From IMG/VR virus record IMGVR_UViG_3300027793_000052, positions 124,001-188,000 of that record: DNA of 64,000 nucleotides; one strand, 5' to 3'. This document shows positions 27,637 to 36,788 of the stretch, piece after piece (the first letter of the stretch is position 1; each line of letters starts with the position of its first letter). A program made the translations under genes and the position numbers. The notes below the pieces were generated by a model. That model was not told where the DNA came from. It ran no database searches and saw nothing but the letters and a program-made list of their open reading frames with translations.

Positions 27637-27667
27637 TAATCTTTTTTACTATAAATATCATCGGGAA

Positions 27668-28759
27668 TTAATTTGTTTTAACACCTTTACTTAAGAACTT
27701 ACAGTTTTCATAATCTATATAAGAGGTACCATCTGGGTTTAACTTTGTTTTTCTTGTACCCATGTTTTGGTTAAACCATTTTATTAAATCGTTTTTTGTT
27801 TTATCACCATCAGGTTCTCTCCTAGAAGCTTTATGAATGTGACCCTCAACATAAGCCCTTAATTTTTCCAACATATCCCAAATAAGGTCACCATAGATAA
27901 CTGGGTGTAATTTACTGTTTTCGGTAATAATTTGTAAATCTATGTTATCACCATTTAATATAGCCGGAGATTTACCTTTAGAAGATGATCCCATATGACT
28001 TATTAAATTTAATTTATCAGCAACTAAATTAACATGTGTCCTATCATCATTCAAACCTAATCCTATTTGTGTTGTTGTTTTATTTTTTTTAGGAAAAGTA
28101 TGGTTAATTGTTACATAAGCAGGGTTTTTTTTGTTTAAACTTACCGGATAAGGTTGATTTAAATTTCTATAATCAATCTTACCTGATCTTAATATTATTT
28201 CATCATAATTAGATTTATTTCTTAATATTAAATCAGTATTTCTTCTACCTAATAAAGCTATATCACTTTTATTAGGATATACCCCCCAAACACCTTGTTT
28301 AGAATCTGGCCATTTACTTATAGCAGGGTTATAACCAGAATTTTCTACTTGTATTTTAGCTACATTGTAATTACTTTGTTGGTAATCTAAAGGGTTTTCT
28401 TGTCCAATAACAGGACCAATATATTGCCTTCTTTGTTGTTTATTACGATAATCAAAAACAGCCACCTTAACCATTTCACCGACTTTAGGTATCATGTTAA
28501 GAAATTTAGGTAATAAAGGTTCACACCAAGGCAAATAAGCATCAGTTTCGTTATTACCCAAGTTTTGATTTTGTTGTTTACTATTGCCACCACCTTGTAA
28601 AACAATGTTTTTATCAACACCCTCAAGTCTAACCTTAATACGTCCCGCATCGTAAGGATCATCAATTCTTATTACTACACCGTAATACCATAACGGAAAT
28701 GACATTTTATCCAATCTTGAATCCGCATAACCAAGGTCGTATCTTCTTTCGTCACTCAT
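27668..28759 (-). CDS. Baseplate hub/spike protein with gp5/VgrG-like OB-fold
   Basis: YYGVVIRIDDPYDAGRIKVRL...LPWCEPLLP...IPKVGEMVKV. Confidence 0.75.
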   Translation of the reverse strand: MSDERRYDLGYADSRLDKMSFPLWYYGVVIRIDDPYDAGRIKVRLEGVDKNIVLQGGGNSKQQNQNLGNNETDAYLPWCEPLLPKFLNMIPKVGEMVKVAVFDYRNKQQRRQYIGPVIGQENPLDYQQSNYNVAKIQVENSGYNPAISKWPDSKQGVWGVYPNKSDIALLGRRNTDLILRNKSNYDEIILRSGKIDYRNLNQPYPVSLNKKNPAYVTINHTFPKKNKTTTQIGLGLNDDRTHVNLVADKLNLISHMGSSSKGKSPAILNGDNIDLQIITENSKLHPVIYGDLIWDMLEKLRAYVEGHIHKASRREPDGDKTKNDLIKWFNQNMGTRKTKLNPDGTSYIDYENCKFLSKGVKTN

Positions 28760-28938
28760 TTGTTGTTAATTCCAAATCTATCGTTTAATTCATTATTTAT
28801 TTCATTATATTTTTTTTCGATTAAAGACCAATAATCATAGATTTTGACCAAATCAATTCTAACTTTTTCAAACTCATCTTTTAATTTTTTTTGCATTTCA
28901 ATAAGTTCGGCATTACTTTTATTTTTAATTTTTTCCAT
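28756..28938 (-). CDS. Small coiled-coil protein (uL29-like helix hairpin pattern)
   Basis: 60 aa, overlaps neighbouring genes. Confidence 0.5.
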   Translation of the reverse strand: MEKIKNKSNAELIEMQKKLKDEFEKVRIDLVKIYDYWSLIEKKYNEINNELNDRFGINNK

Positions 28939-28940
28939 AA

Positions 28941-29369
28941 CTATCTAGCTGTAGCGTTACCAGAAGCTATACCAACAACAGTACCGGCAACTTGTACCGG
29001 CCCCCCTGCATTACCACCAGTACCTTGTATAATAGTACCTGGTTGTATGGCAACATCTATCACCATTTCTGATGTTATAGCATTGACTATTTCTTCTACT
29101 CTAATTTTTTCCATAATTTCGTCAGGTGAAATTTCACCACTCGGTAATGGACCTACTGGTATACCGGCTTCAGCTTGTCTTTGTATTATTTTTGCTGCAA
29201 TTTTTGAAGGGCTTAATCCTGGTCTGGCTTTTGAGGCCAGTATTAAAGGGTTGGGGATGGCTCTTGATCTAGTAGAGGCTATTTTAAATAAATTTAAAAG
29301 TGAGTTTAAAACCGAGTTGGGATTTTTAAAGTCGGTTTTGTTTGGATCTATATCTTTACACTTTGCCAT
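28941..29369 (-). CDS. Putative baseplate-associated protein
   Basis: Located in the gp5 cluster; Gly-rich beta C-terminus (GTGGNAGGPVQVAG). Confidence 0.5.
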   Translation of the reverse strand: MAKCKDIDPNKTDFKNPNSVLNSLLNLFKIASTRSRAIPNPLILASKARPGLSPSKIAAKIIQRQAEAGIPVGPLPSGEISPDEIMEKIRVEEIVNAITSEMVIDVAIQPGTIIQGTGGNAGGPVQVAGTVVGIASGNATAR

Positions 29370-29370
29370 A

Positions 29371-30816
29371 TTAAATATATTTTGATGAGTTGGGTGTTGG
29401 TATGGTATTTAATAAACCATTTGAAGCCCCTGATATTATACTATTTATTGATTTTATTCTTATTTTAACTTTTTCCTTAACTATTTTTAAAGTTATTTCT
29501 TCAACTAAGGCTAATATTTCTTTTTTAACTCTTTTAAAAACAATCTCAACTAAGGCAGCTAGACTTTCTCTAGTTACGTATTCAAAAAAAACTCTAGTTA
29601 TTTTAACAAAATCAAAACCATTTGTTTCATCTACTGTTGTATCGTTAACAGTTTTTGAAGATAGTTGATATAGTGATACTATTTTAGGTTCCAAAATAAC
29701 ACTAGTAAATACTTTAGGTAAAGATTCAATCATTTTTAAATTTAATGATTGTTTAGCTACAGTTCTATCCTCATCTGGGACGTTAATAGTCAAATTATCG
29801 TTCATTAAATTAATTGATTGTTTTATTACGACATCTACTTTAGAAACTGGTGTATTTAATATGTTGTCAGAAATATTTTTCATAACATCTGGTGAAGATG
29901 TTACTGGTAAGGTACCACAACCCAAATCCAAGTAAACAACACCAACTTTTTTTTGGTTTGACGTATTTTCCACTTCAAAATTTTCTTCATTCGTAAATGA
30001 AAAATAACTATCATCGTAAGTATATTCCTCTTTACAAGGATCTGAATTATTTATTTTATCTTGTAAAACATTAATTTTTTCAATACTAATTAATTTATCC
30101 AAACTAAAATTTATACCTTCCAAATTTGATGTTAGTGATCCTGTCATCATATCATTAATTTTAGGTAACATGTTTTGTAATGGTATTAAATCGATAGAGT
30201 TTGTATAATCAAACAAAAATTTATTAAAAGATTTGCCATGATAAGGTTGACTGACAGACATTTCAAATTCTTGACTGGTATTAAAATAAGTAACATCTAC
30301 AATATTAACACCGTCAATATTTTTCCAACTACCAGAACCACCTGTTTGTATTAAATTATATAAAAACCAATTAAAATCTTCATTAGGACTTTTATTATAA
30401 AACATAGAACCTATTTTACTATTTGGGTTAATTTTTAATAAATCACCAAAATCAATATTATTTACTTTAACCCTAATAGATGGTGGATTATTGCTTGGTA
30501 TTTTAAAATCTACACCACAGGCTAAACAAGATTTTATACCTTTATTAATACCATCTTTTAGAATTCTAATTAACACCGGATAAAATTCAACCAAAATATC
30601 AGTTAATATACTTGTTGCCTCACATTTTGCTCTATTATTTTTATCTTTATCTTTACAAGTAGTACTTAATAAATCTAATAAAAAAGGTAATAAATTTTTA
30701 CTTTTTGAGTTCACAGACTCCAATGAAGATGTTACTTTACTTTTTGGCAAGTTGTTTAACACTTCTAATAAAGCCACATTATTAATAGATTGTGTTTTAT
30801 CGTCAATAAACCCCAT
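29371..30816 (-). CDS. Hypothetical (probable structural) protein
   Basis: 481 aa, tightly coupled within the late baseplate operon. Confidence 0.55.
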   Translation of the reverse strand: MGFIDDKTQSINNVALLEVLNNLPKSKVTSSLESVNSKSKNLLPFLLDLLSTTCKDKDKNNRAKCEATSILTDILVEFYPVLIRILKDGINKGIKSCLACGVDFKIPSNNPPSIRVKVNNIDFGDLLKINPNSKIGSMFYNKSPNEDFNWFLYNLIQTGGSGSWKNIDGVNIVDVTYFNTSQEFEMSVSQPYHGKSFNKFLFDYTNSIDLIPLQNMLPKINDMMTGSLTSNLEGINFSLDKLISIEKINVLQDKINNSDPCKEEYTYDDSYFSFTNEENFEVENTSNQKKVGVVYLDLGCGTLPVTSSPDVMKNISDNILNTPVSKVDVVIKQSINLMNDNLTINVPDEDRTVAKQSLNLKMIESLPKVFTSVILEPKIVSLYQLSSKTVNDTTVDETNGFDFVKITRVFFEYVTRESLAALVEIVFKRVKKEILALVEEITLKIVKEKVKIRIKSINSIISGASNGLLNTIPTPNSSKYI

Positions 30817-31211
30817 TATTTAATGTTATAGTTTTTTTTATCATTCCCACCCTCTTTATCGTCACCTTCATTAAAAATATTACGTAATAAAGCCATATCT
30901 TCAGGTGTTAAAGAACCATTTCCATTTCCACCAGTATCGGATTCACCACCTTTAAAAATTAGTTGGCTCATTAGTTTAACCAAGGATATTTTTTTATCAA
31001 TGGTAGAATCAATAATTTTAAGAAGGTCAGTATTAGCTTTGTTTAAATTGGTTAAATCATGCATATCTTCAACATTAACTTTGTTTTTGTTTTCGTTAAT
31101 TGTCCTAATACATGTACTTCTTTGTTCTACAAGTTCATTGTAGGCCTCCTGAGCCACAATTTGAAAACTTTGTTTAGTTAACTCTATTTTTTTCTTAGTT
31201 GGTCTAGCCAT
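30816..31211 (-). CDS. Hypothetical protein
   Basis: 131 aa; its N-terminus is duplicated at 32116..32217. Confidence 0.65.
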   Translation of the reverse strand: MARPTKKKIELTKQSFQIVAQEAYNELVEQRSTCIRTINENKNKVNVEDMHDLTNLNKANTDLLKIIDSTIDKKISLVKLMSQLIFKGGESDTGGNGNGSLTPEDMALLRNIFNEGDDKEGGNDKKNYNIK

Positions 31212-32086
31212 AATTCGTTATTTATATTCGTATCAGTAATTCTAATTAATTTAATATTATTTTCTGTACAGTATTTATTTTTAATTTCATCCCTTTCTTT
31301 GGTTTTAATAAAATTTTTACCACTATGATCACCCCAATGAGGTTGAAAATGTTGATACCCATCATATTCAATACATACGTTGAGTTTTGGTAGATAAAAA
31401 TCGAACTTTAGAGGGAATTTATTTTTACAATCAGGAAAACTGTGTTGTTGTATATATTTAATTTTTTCTTCTTCTAAAATTTTTTTAATCCTCAGTTCAC
31501 CCTTAGATACATTACACATTTTACATCCAAAACCCTGTAAATGGCTATATGGTTTTTGTTCAAAAATACCATGATTTGGGCATATAATAAATACTTTTTT
31601 ATGTGAATTCACATAATCCACTAATGAATAGTCAAATTTATTATTATGTATTTTATTTGCTCTATCTATGAAAATATTAGTTGTTAGTTTTTGGTTATTA
31701 CTACAATGTGGGCACCCACATTTTTTCAATAGATGATCACACGATCTTTGTTCAAAAATACCATGATTTGGGCATATAATTTTTATTTTAGTAGAACAAC
31801 AATCAACATATTCAGATAAAGAATAATCGTACTTATTTTTATGTATTTTTTTAGCCTCACGGATAAAAACCTCTGTAGATAACTTTTTATTTTTAGCACA
31901 ATAAGGACATCCGTGTTTTTGTTTTATATGTGAACATGGACGTTGTTCGAAAACACCATGAATGTTACATATTATTTTAACTTTAGTATTTGTGTTAACG
32001 TAATCAACTAAAGAATAATCATACACATTATGGTGTATTTTATTTGCCTTATTTATGAAATCATATGTTGTTAATTTTTTAGGCAT
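31184..32086 (-). CDS. Free-standing putative homing endonuclease: 3 zinc-ribbon repeats plus PD-(D/E)xK (DUF559/Vsr-like) domain
   Basis: 3x YDYSLV.Y....KV.IICP.HG.F.Q.P..H....GCP.C; LKFDFYLPKLNVCIEYDGYQHF; likely start MPKK at 32086. Confidence 0.78.
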   Translation of the reverse strand: MPKKLTTYDFINKANKIHHNVYDYSLVDYVNTNTKVKIICNIHGVFEQRPCSHIKQKHGCPYCAKNKKLSTEVFIREAKKIHKNKYDYSLSEYVDCCSTKIKIICPNHGIFEQRSCDHLLKKCGCPHCSNNQKLTTNIFIDRANKIHNNKFDYSLVDYVNSHKKVFIICPNHGIFEQKPYSHLQGFGCKMCNVSKGELRIKKILEEEKIKYIQQHSFPDCKNKFPLKFDFYLPKLNVCIEYDGYQHFQPHWGDHSGKNFIKTKERDEIKNKYCTENNIKLIRITDTNINNELWLDQLRKK

Positions 32087-32115
32087 ATACATATAAATAT
32101 AAGGTAAATGGTTTT

Positions 32116-32217
32116 TTACCACCATAACCCAATTTTATTTGTACTATAACTTTCCTGAGTTATGCCTAAAAAACTTTCGGTATTTAATTTAACTTGTTTT
32201 TTTTGTGGTCTTCCCAT
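32116..32217 (-). pseudogene. 33-codon orphan N-terminus homologous to 30816..31211
   Basis: MGRPQKKQVKLNTESFLGITQESY vs MARPTKKKIELTKQSFQIVAQEAY, 11/24 identical. Confidence 0.7.
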
Positions 32218-32230
32218 GATTTCTTTTATT

Positions 32231-32240
32231 TATAAATATC
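32231..32240 (-). promoter_or_regulatory. Candidate late promoter GATATTTATA for the baseplate operon
   Basis: Directly after the terminator at 32241-32267. Confidence 0.6.
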
Positions 32241-32267
32241 AAAATGGTGGTTTTTACAAACCACCAT
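32241..32267 (-). terminator. Terminator at the end of the sigma/glycosylation operon
   Basis: 10-bp stem atggtggttt/aaaccaccat followed by tttt. Confidence 0.7.
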
Positions 32268-33027
32268 CTTTTATAAACTTATAAATACCACGATATCTTT
32301 TCATTGCGTTTCTAATATCTTTGGTACTTAGTGATGTCATTTCTCTCATATAATAAAGAATTAAATTTTTATTATACTTATTAGTCGCTTCCTTACCCTC
32401 AAAAACATTTTCCCAATTTTCCAAAATAGAAACCAAAGCGTTACCAACTTTTATTTCATTTTCGGTTAAAATTTTATTTTGTAATTCTTCTTTAATTGAA
32501 GTTGATATTTCATCTATTAATAAAGTTAAATCTAGTTCTTGATTATCTATCTCATAAGAGTATTCTTCATTTTCTTCTAAATCTGGGGCGATATCTTCAT
32601 ATGATATCAAAGTTTTTAGTTTTTTATCATCTTTTATTAGTTTACCTAATAAATAATGTTTACAAACAGTACCATAATAAGAATATGATTTTTTACCTTT
32701 TGATGGTTTAAATTTATGAAATTTCATCATTAAAAATGATAGTGTATCAGAATGTAAATCTTCAAAAGTCATACTTTTAGAATATAACTTATATCTTCTA
32801 ATGATACTTTCTATCATTTTATTTAATGGAGCTTGTAAGTGTTGGCGATAAATTTCATTTCTTCTAAATTCATCTTTTGTACTACCAGTCCATCTGTATC
32901 CCTCTAATGATTTTGAATCATGTATTAAACTACCTAAAGATAAAAATTCTTTAACAGCTAATTCTTCTACATGTCCAAAATAAGGATCTTTTGACGGTTT
33001 TCTTCCTCTTTTTCTTTCTGTGGACAT
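32254..33027 (-). CDS. Phage sigma factor (sigma70 region 2 / T4 gp55-like late sigma)
   Basis: EDLHSDTLSFLMMKFHKFKPSKGKKSYSYYGTVCKHYLL resembles the region 2.3/2.4 FDPxKG..F.Y motif; about 257 aa. Confidence 0.65.
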   Translation of the reverse strand: MSTERKRGRKPSKDPYFGHVEELAVKEFLSLGSLIHDSKSLEGYRWTGSTKDEFRRNEIYRQHLQAPLNKMIESIIRRYKLYSKSMTFEDLHSDTLSFLMMKFHKFKPSKGKKSYSYYGTVCKHYLLGKLIKDDKKLKTLISYEDIAPDLEENEEYSYEIDNQELDLTLLIDEISTSIKEELQNKILTENEIKVGNALVSILENWENVFEGKEATNKYNKNLILYYMREMTSLSTKDIRNAMKRYRGIYKFIKDGGL

Positions 33028-33827
33028 TATACTATTGTAGAAATCTCTCTATCAAACTTTATGTTTCTATCGGCTTTAAAATAACATTCCTTACGGGAAG
33101 TACTAAACCAAAATCTGGCCTCAATAACATCGATTTTATCCGTTTCTTTATTTTGATAATTAAAAAATAAAGAATCTGGTCTCATATTAACTTTTTTATA
33201 CCCTAATTTAGGGATGGTCATTATTTTTTTATCATAATAAGTCATTCTTAATAAAAACTCATATATAAAGTGAAGTTTAATACTAGGTTTTAAACCACCC
33301 ACGGCTTTGAAAGCGTCTACCTTAATAACAGCACCCGACAATTGAAAGTTGGGGAAGTTCAATAAAGCATCATTGTCTAAAAACCCTAATTTATCAGAAA
33401 AGTCTTTAGCCCATACAGGTTCATTACTAAAATGTAAAAAACGACCTTCAGGACTTACATCTAAAACAATTGGTAAGAAAACATCTGTTTCATCGTAAGC
33501 CTCTACATATTTGTTAACATTATCAAACCATATTTTTGAATACTCGTCATCAACTTCTAATATAGAAAAGAAAGTGGTTTTAACTTGTTCAACACCAAAA
33601 TTAATTTGTGAACAAAAATCAGTATTACCTTCATTAACTACTATTCTATAATTTACGTTTTTTAAATATTCTTCATTAATTTTAACACCTTTTGCTGTTA
33701 CAATAATAACTTCTTCTGGGTTAATTTTTTGATTTTCAACACTTTTTATAGCCTTTTCAAAATAAGAACTTAGAGTGTCATCCATTTTATGGATTGGAAT
33801 TATAATTGTTGTTTTATTTTCTGCCAT
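33027..33827 (-). CDS. Glycosyltransferase family 2
   Basis: TTIIIPIH, FSILEVDDEY (DxD), FLLRMTY. Confidence 0.8.
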   Translation of the reverse strand: MAENKTTIIIPIHKMDDTLSSYFEKAIKSVENQKINPEEVIIVTAKGVKINEEYLKNVNYRIVVNEGNTDFCSQINFGVEQVKTTFFSILEVDDEYSKIWFDNVNKYVEAYDETDVFLPIVLDVSPEGRFLHFSNEPVWAKDFSDKLGFLDNDALLNFPNFQLSGAVIKVDAFKAVGGLKPSIKLHFIYEFLLRMTYYDKKIMTIPKLGYKKVNMRPDSLFFNYQNKETDKIDVIEARFWFSTSRKECYFKADRNIKFDREISTIV

Positions 33828-33835
33828 TTTTTAAA

Positions 33836-34909
33836 TTATTTTTCTGTTTCTACATTATTTTCCACTTCTAACGGTAGTGAAGATTTTAATTCATTAATTC
33901 TATTTGTAAAGAATTTTTCATAAACTTCTTTTATTTTTGATTTTTGTTCTTCATAAGAGTAAGTATCTTTTTGTTTAGACATTTCTTCATATAATTCAGA
34001 AGGTTCACCATCTTCTAACCAAGCTTGAAAATAGTTAGCTATTAAATCAACAATCATCAATGGGTCATGTGTCCAAAGACCGTTTTTATCTGACATCCAT
34101 TCAGGTACCATGTTTGGTACTAACCCTAAAACGGGTACATTACATTTCATAGCTTCTAACGGAAATGTACCAAAAGAGGAATCCTTATCAATCCAAATAG
34201 CTAAACAGGATTCTGATAAAGATTTAGCAAAAGTTTCTCTAGGTAAACCTCTCATGTCGCGGAAAGAAACCCATTTTAAATGAGGGTATTTTAAATAAAA
34301 TGCCTTGTAAAGTTTAACTAAATCCCTTTGGTCACGAGTTGAAATCGCTATTATTGGTTTTTTTGGTTTATCTGAGGGTTTGAAGTATTTTGGTATACTT
34401 ACAGGAACTACTTCGGCTTTAATTTTTTTAGAAAACAAATTTTCAAGATATTCTTTTTGTTTCTCACTTGTTGTAATAACTTCTGTAATACCGTAATCAG
34501 ACCAACTTTTACCTGGCATTAACATTTCAAAAATGTAATCGTAAGATTGTGAAAATACTATTCTCTTAGAAGGTAAATTTAAAGTTTGTTCCATTACATT
34601 TGAAAATACTTCAGGTATGATTATAAAATCTTGTGGATTAACTTTTAATTGTTGAGCTTCAATTGACACGTGTGGTATTTCAGCGTAAACTTCACCTAAT
34701 GTGTTGGCTACTGAAACGTAATCATTTTTTTCATGTAAAATTTGAGCGTCATAACCTAAATCACGTAATATTTTAGCATGATCATAAATGTTGGCCAAAC
34801 TAGCGATTGGATTACCTTTGGTGTCCATTGTAAAAAAATAAATTTTAAATTGTTTGTTCTCTAAATTAGAGATTGCGTTCTTAACGACTTGTTTAGTGTT
34901 ATCTTCCAT
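33836..34909 (-). CDS. GT-B glycosyltransferase (GT4-like)
   Basis: SFGTFPLEAMKCNVPVLG (Ex7E-like motif region). Confidence 0.75.
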   Translation of the reverse strand: MEDNTKQVVKNAISNLENKQFKIYFFTMDTKGNPIASLANIYDHAKILRDLGYDAQILHEKNDYVSVANTLGEVYAEIPHVSIEAQQLKVNPQDFIIIPEVFSNVMEQTLNLPSKRIVFSQSYDYIFEMLMPGKSWSDYGITEVITTSEKQKEYLENLFSKKIKAEVVPVSIPKYFKPSDKPKKPIIAISTRDQRDLVKLYKAFYLKYPHLKWVSFRDMRGLPRETFAKSLSESCLAIWIDKDSSFGTFPLEAMKCNVPVLGLVPNMVPEWMSDKNGLWTHDPLMIVDLIANYFQAWLEDGEPSELYEEMSKQKDTYSYEEQKSKIKEVYEKFFTNRINELKSSLPLEVENNVETEK

Positions 34910-35282
34910 TGTTTTCTTTTATTATATTATGTTTTAATAATGTGTTAAATGATAATCTAAAGGGTATTGATAATTGTTCACCTAATTTAGTTCTACCCAT
35001 AGCTTCATCAACGATTGAATTTTCGTTTAAAATTACATCCATTAAAGCTTTGGTAGTTTCCCATTTGGTTAAATCTACTATTTGAGTGTAATCTACAACA
35101 TCATCCGTTTCATTGTTTTTTTCGGATTCCATTTCTTTTTTGGCCTCACCTAAAATATCTTCTATACTTTCAGAATTATCTAAACGTACAAATTGACTTA
35201 AAGTTTCTAAATCAAAATAAAATTCATTTCCGGCTATCGCAAACAATGAAGATTTATTATCCGTATTTTTAAATTTGTTCAT
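34899..35282 (-). CDS. Hypothetical protein
   Basis: 127-aa ORF. Confidence 0.6.
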   Translation of the reverse strand: MNKFKNTDNKSSLFAIAGNEFYFDLETLSQFVRLDNSESIEDILGEAKKEMESEKNNETDDVVDYTQIVDLTKWETTKALMDVILNENSIVDEAMGRTKLGEQLSIPFRLSFNTLLKHNIIKENNGR

Positions 35283-35326
35283 AAAATAGATTTAATTAAT
35301 AATTGTAATAAGTAAACTTTAAAAGA

Positions 35327-35992
35327 TTAATTAAATAAATCTAATCCTATAAGTTCTTTAACTGTTTTGATTGTATATTCTGAAGGTATATCTTTGTTAT
35401 ATGTTTTTTCGATTTTAATAACAATTTTACCTTTAGGTTTGGAGTTTAAAATTTCTGGGTGATCTGTAATCATACAATCAACATGTTGCCAACAGTCTGT
35501 TGTATTTACCGTAAATTTAATGTCTTGTATCATACAACCTGTTTTAGATAGGAAAAATAGTGTGGCAGGAATACTCCTACCCACTTCACGACTTGTTATA
35601 ATAATATCATGTTTTTTTCCATTATCTTTTAAATGTAAATTTAAATCATTTATAGATTGTACAGCACCGTCTATAACTTCGTCAGAATAACCAAAAATCT
35701 CTAAACAACATTTATCGTATATAAATTCTTCTACAGTAATTGGTTCTTCCTTAACCTCAGTAAGTTCGAATGTTGCTTCAGATTTTACAAACTCCTTTTC
35801 ATTGAAGTTGGGGTTGAATTCTATTTCATTCCTTACAATTTCTTCTTCAGGGAACTTAATCCATTTTTCTAAATCGTAGTCTTGTATGAATATTTCTTCA
35901 CCATCCTTTGGATTAAAATATTTTGTATGTGTTTTCTCAATCTTCCCGAAAAAATCACGTAAAACCCCATTAATTGAAACACCTATTTTCAT
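35327..35992 (-). CDS. HAD-fold 5'(3')-deoxyribonucleotidase-like protein with a degenerate catalytic motif
   Basis: MKIGVSINGVLRDF (canonical IGIDIDGVL.DF), IITSR, CMITDHP. Confidence 0.6.
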   Translation of the reverse strand: MKIGVSINGVLRDFFGKIEKTHTKYFNPKDGEEIFIQDYDLEKWIKFPEEEIVRNEIEFNPNFNEKEFVKSEATFELTEVKEEPITVEEFIYDKCCLEIFGYSDEVIDGAVQSINDLNLHLKDNGKKHDIIITSREVGRSIPATLFFLSKTGCMIQDIKFTVNTTDCWQHVDCMITDHPEILNSKPKGKIVIKIEKTYNKDIPSEYTIKTVKELIGLDLFN

Positions 35993-35996
35993 ATTT

Positions 35997-36785
35997 TTAG
36001 TCTTTTAGAATTTGTTTTTTACCGTTATTAGATTTCTCTTCCTCTAGTTGGTCAAATATATCCTCTATTACCTTAATAATTGGGTTTCTAACGATATCTT
36101 CTTCATTTCTTAATTCTACAGTACCGAAACCTTTTTTATCTTTAAAACGTTCTATGACAACTTCTAAAGAACTTTCTTTTTTATTACGTATGTCTTTCTG
36201 TTTAACATCACCTAATATTATTAGTTTTGAATTTTCACCGATACGTGTCATTAGCGTCCTCATATTATCCAAGGATATGTTTTGAGCCTCATCAATGATG
36301 ATAATGGATTTATCAATACTCCTACCACGAACATAAGCTATAGGCTTAATTTCAATCAACTTCATTTCTTTAAGTCTGTTAGTTAAACCTTCTCCTATAA
36401 TTTTACTAAAATTATCAATAAAAGAATCCATAAAAGGTTCCATTTTTTCTTCCATAGTACCTTTTAAAAAACCTATTTCCTCATCTTTTAATGTGGTTAC
36501 AGATTTAACTAATATGATTTTTTGATAGGCAGTTTCAGGGTTTTTTAGTAGTTTTAAAGCTTCGGCACAGGCCAAGAAAGTTTTTCCGGTTCCTGGTAGC
36601 CCAGAAGCTATGGTAATTTCATTTTCTTTTATTGCTTGTAAAAGTTTTTTTTGATTTTCAGTTTTTGGTTTTACGTCAACCTTAATTTGTGTAAAAAAAT
36701 TATCACCATTTCGATTATAGTTGGTGCTATTTTCTACTTCTAATATTTCTTCTTCTGAAAGTTTTTTAGTTCTTCTTTTAGTCAT
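35997..36785 (-). CDS. phoH: PhoH-like ATPase
   Basis: GLPGTGKTFLA, IAYVRGRSI, IIIDEAQN, TRIGENSKLIILGDVKQKD, DIVRNPII. Confidence 0.93.
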   Translation of the reverse strand: MTKRRTKKLSEEEILEVENSTNYNRNGDNFFTQIKVDVKPKTENQKKLLQAIKENEITIASGLPGTGKTFLACAEALKLLKNPETAYQKIILVKSVTTLKDEEIGFLKGTMEEKMEPFMDSFIDNFSKIIGEGLTNRLKEMKLIEIKPIAYVRGRSIDKSIIIIDEAQNISLDNMRTLMTRIGENSKLIILGDVKQKDIRNKKESSLEVVIERFKDKKGFGTVELRNEEDIVRNPIIKVIEDIFDQLEEEKSNNGKKQILKD

Positions 36786-36788
36786 ATT

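Noticed and set aside
32116-32217. Group I intron with the stub as exon 1
   Set aside because: The downstream gene already has a complete homologous N-terminus, and no intron core structure is visible around the endonuclease.
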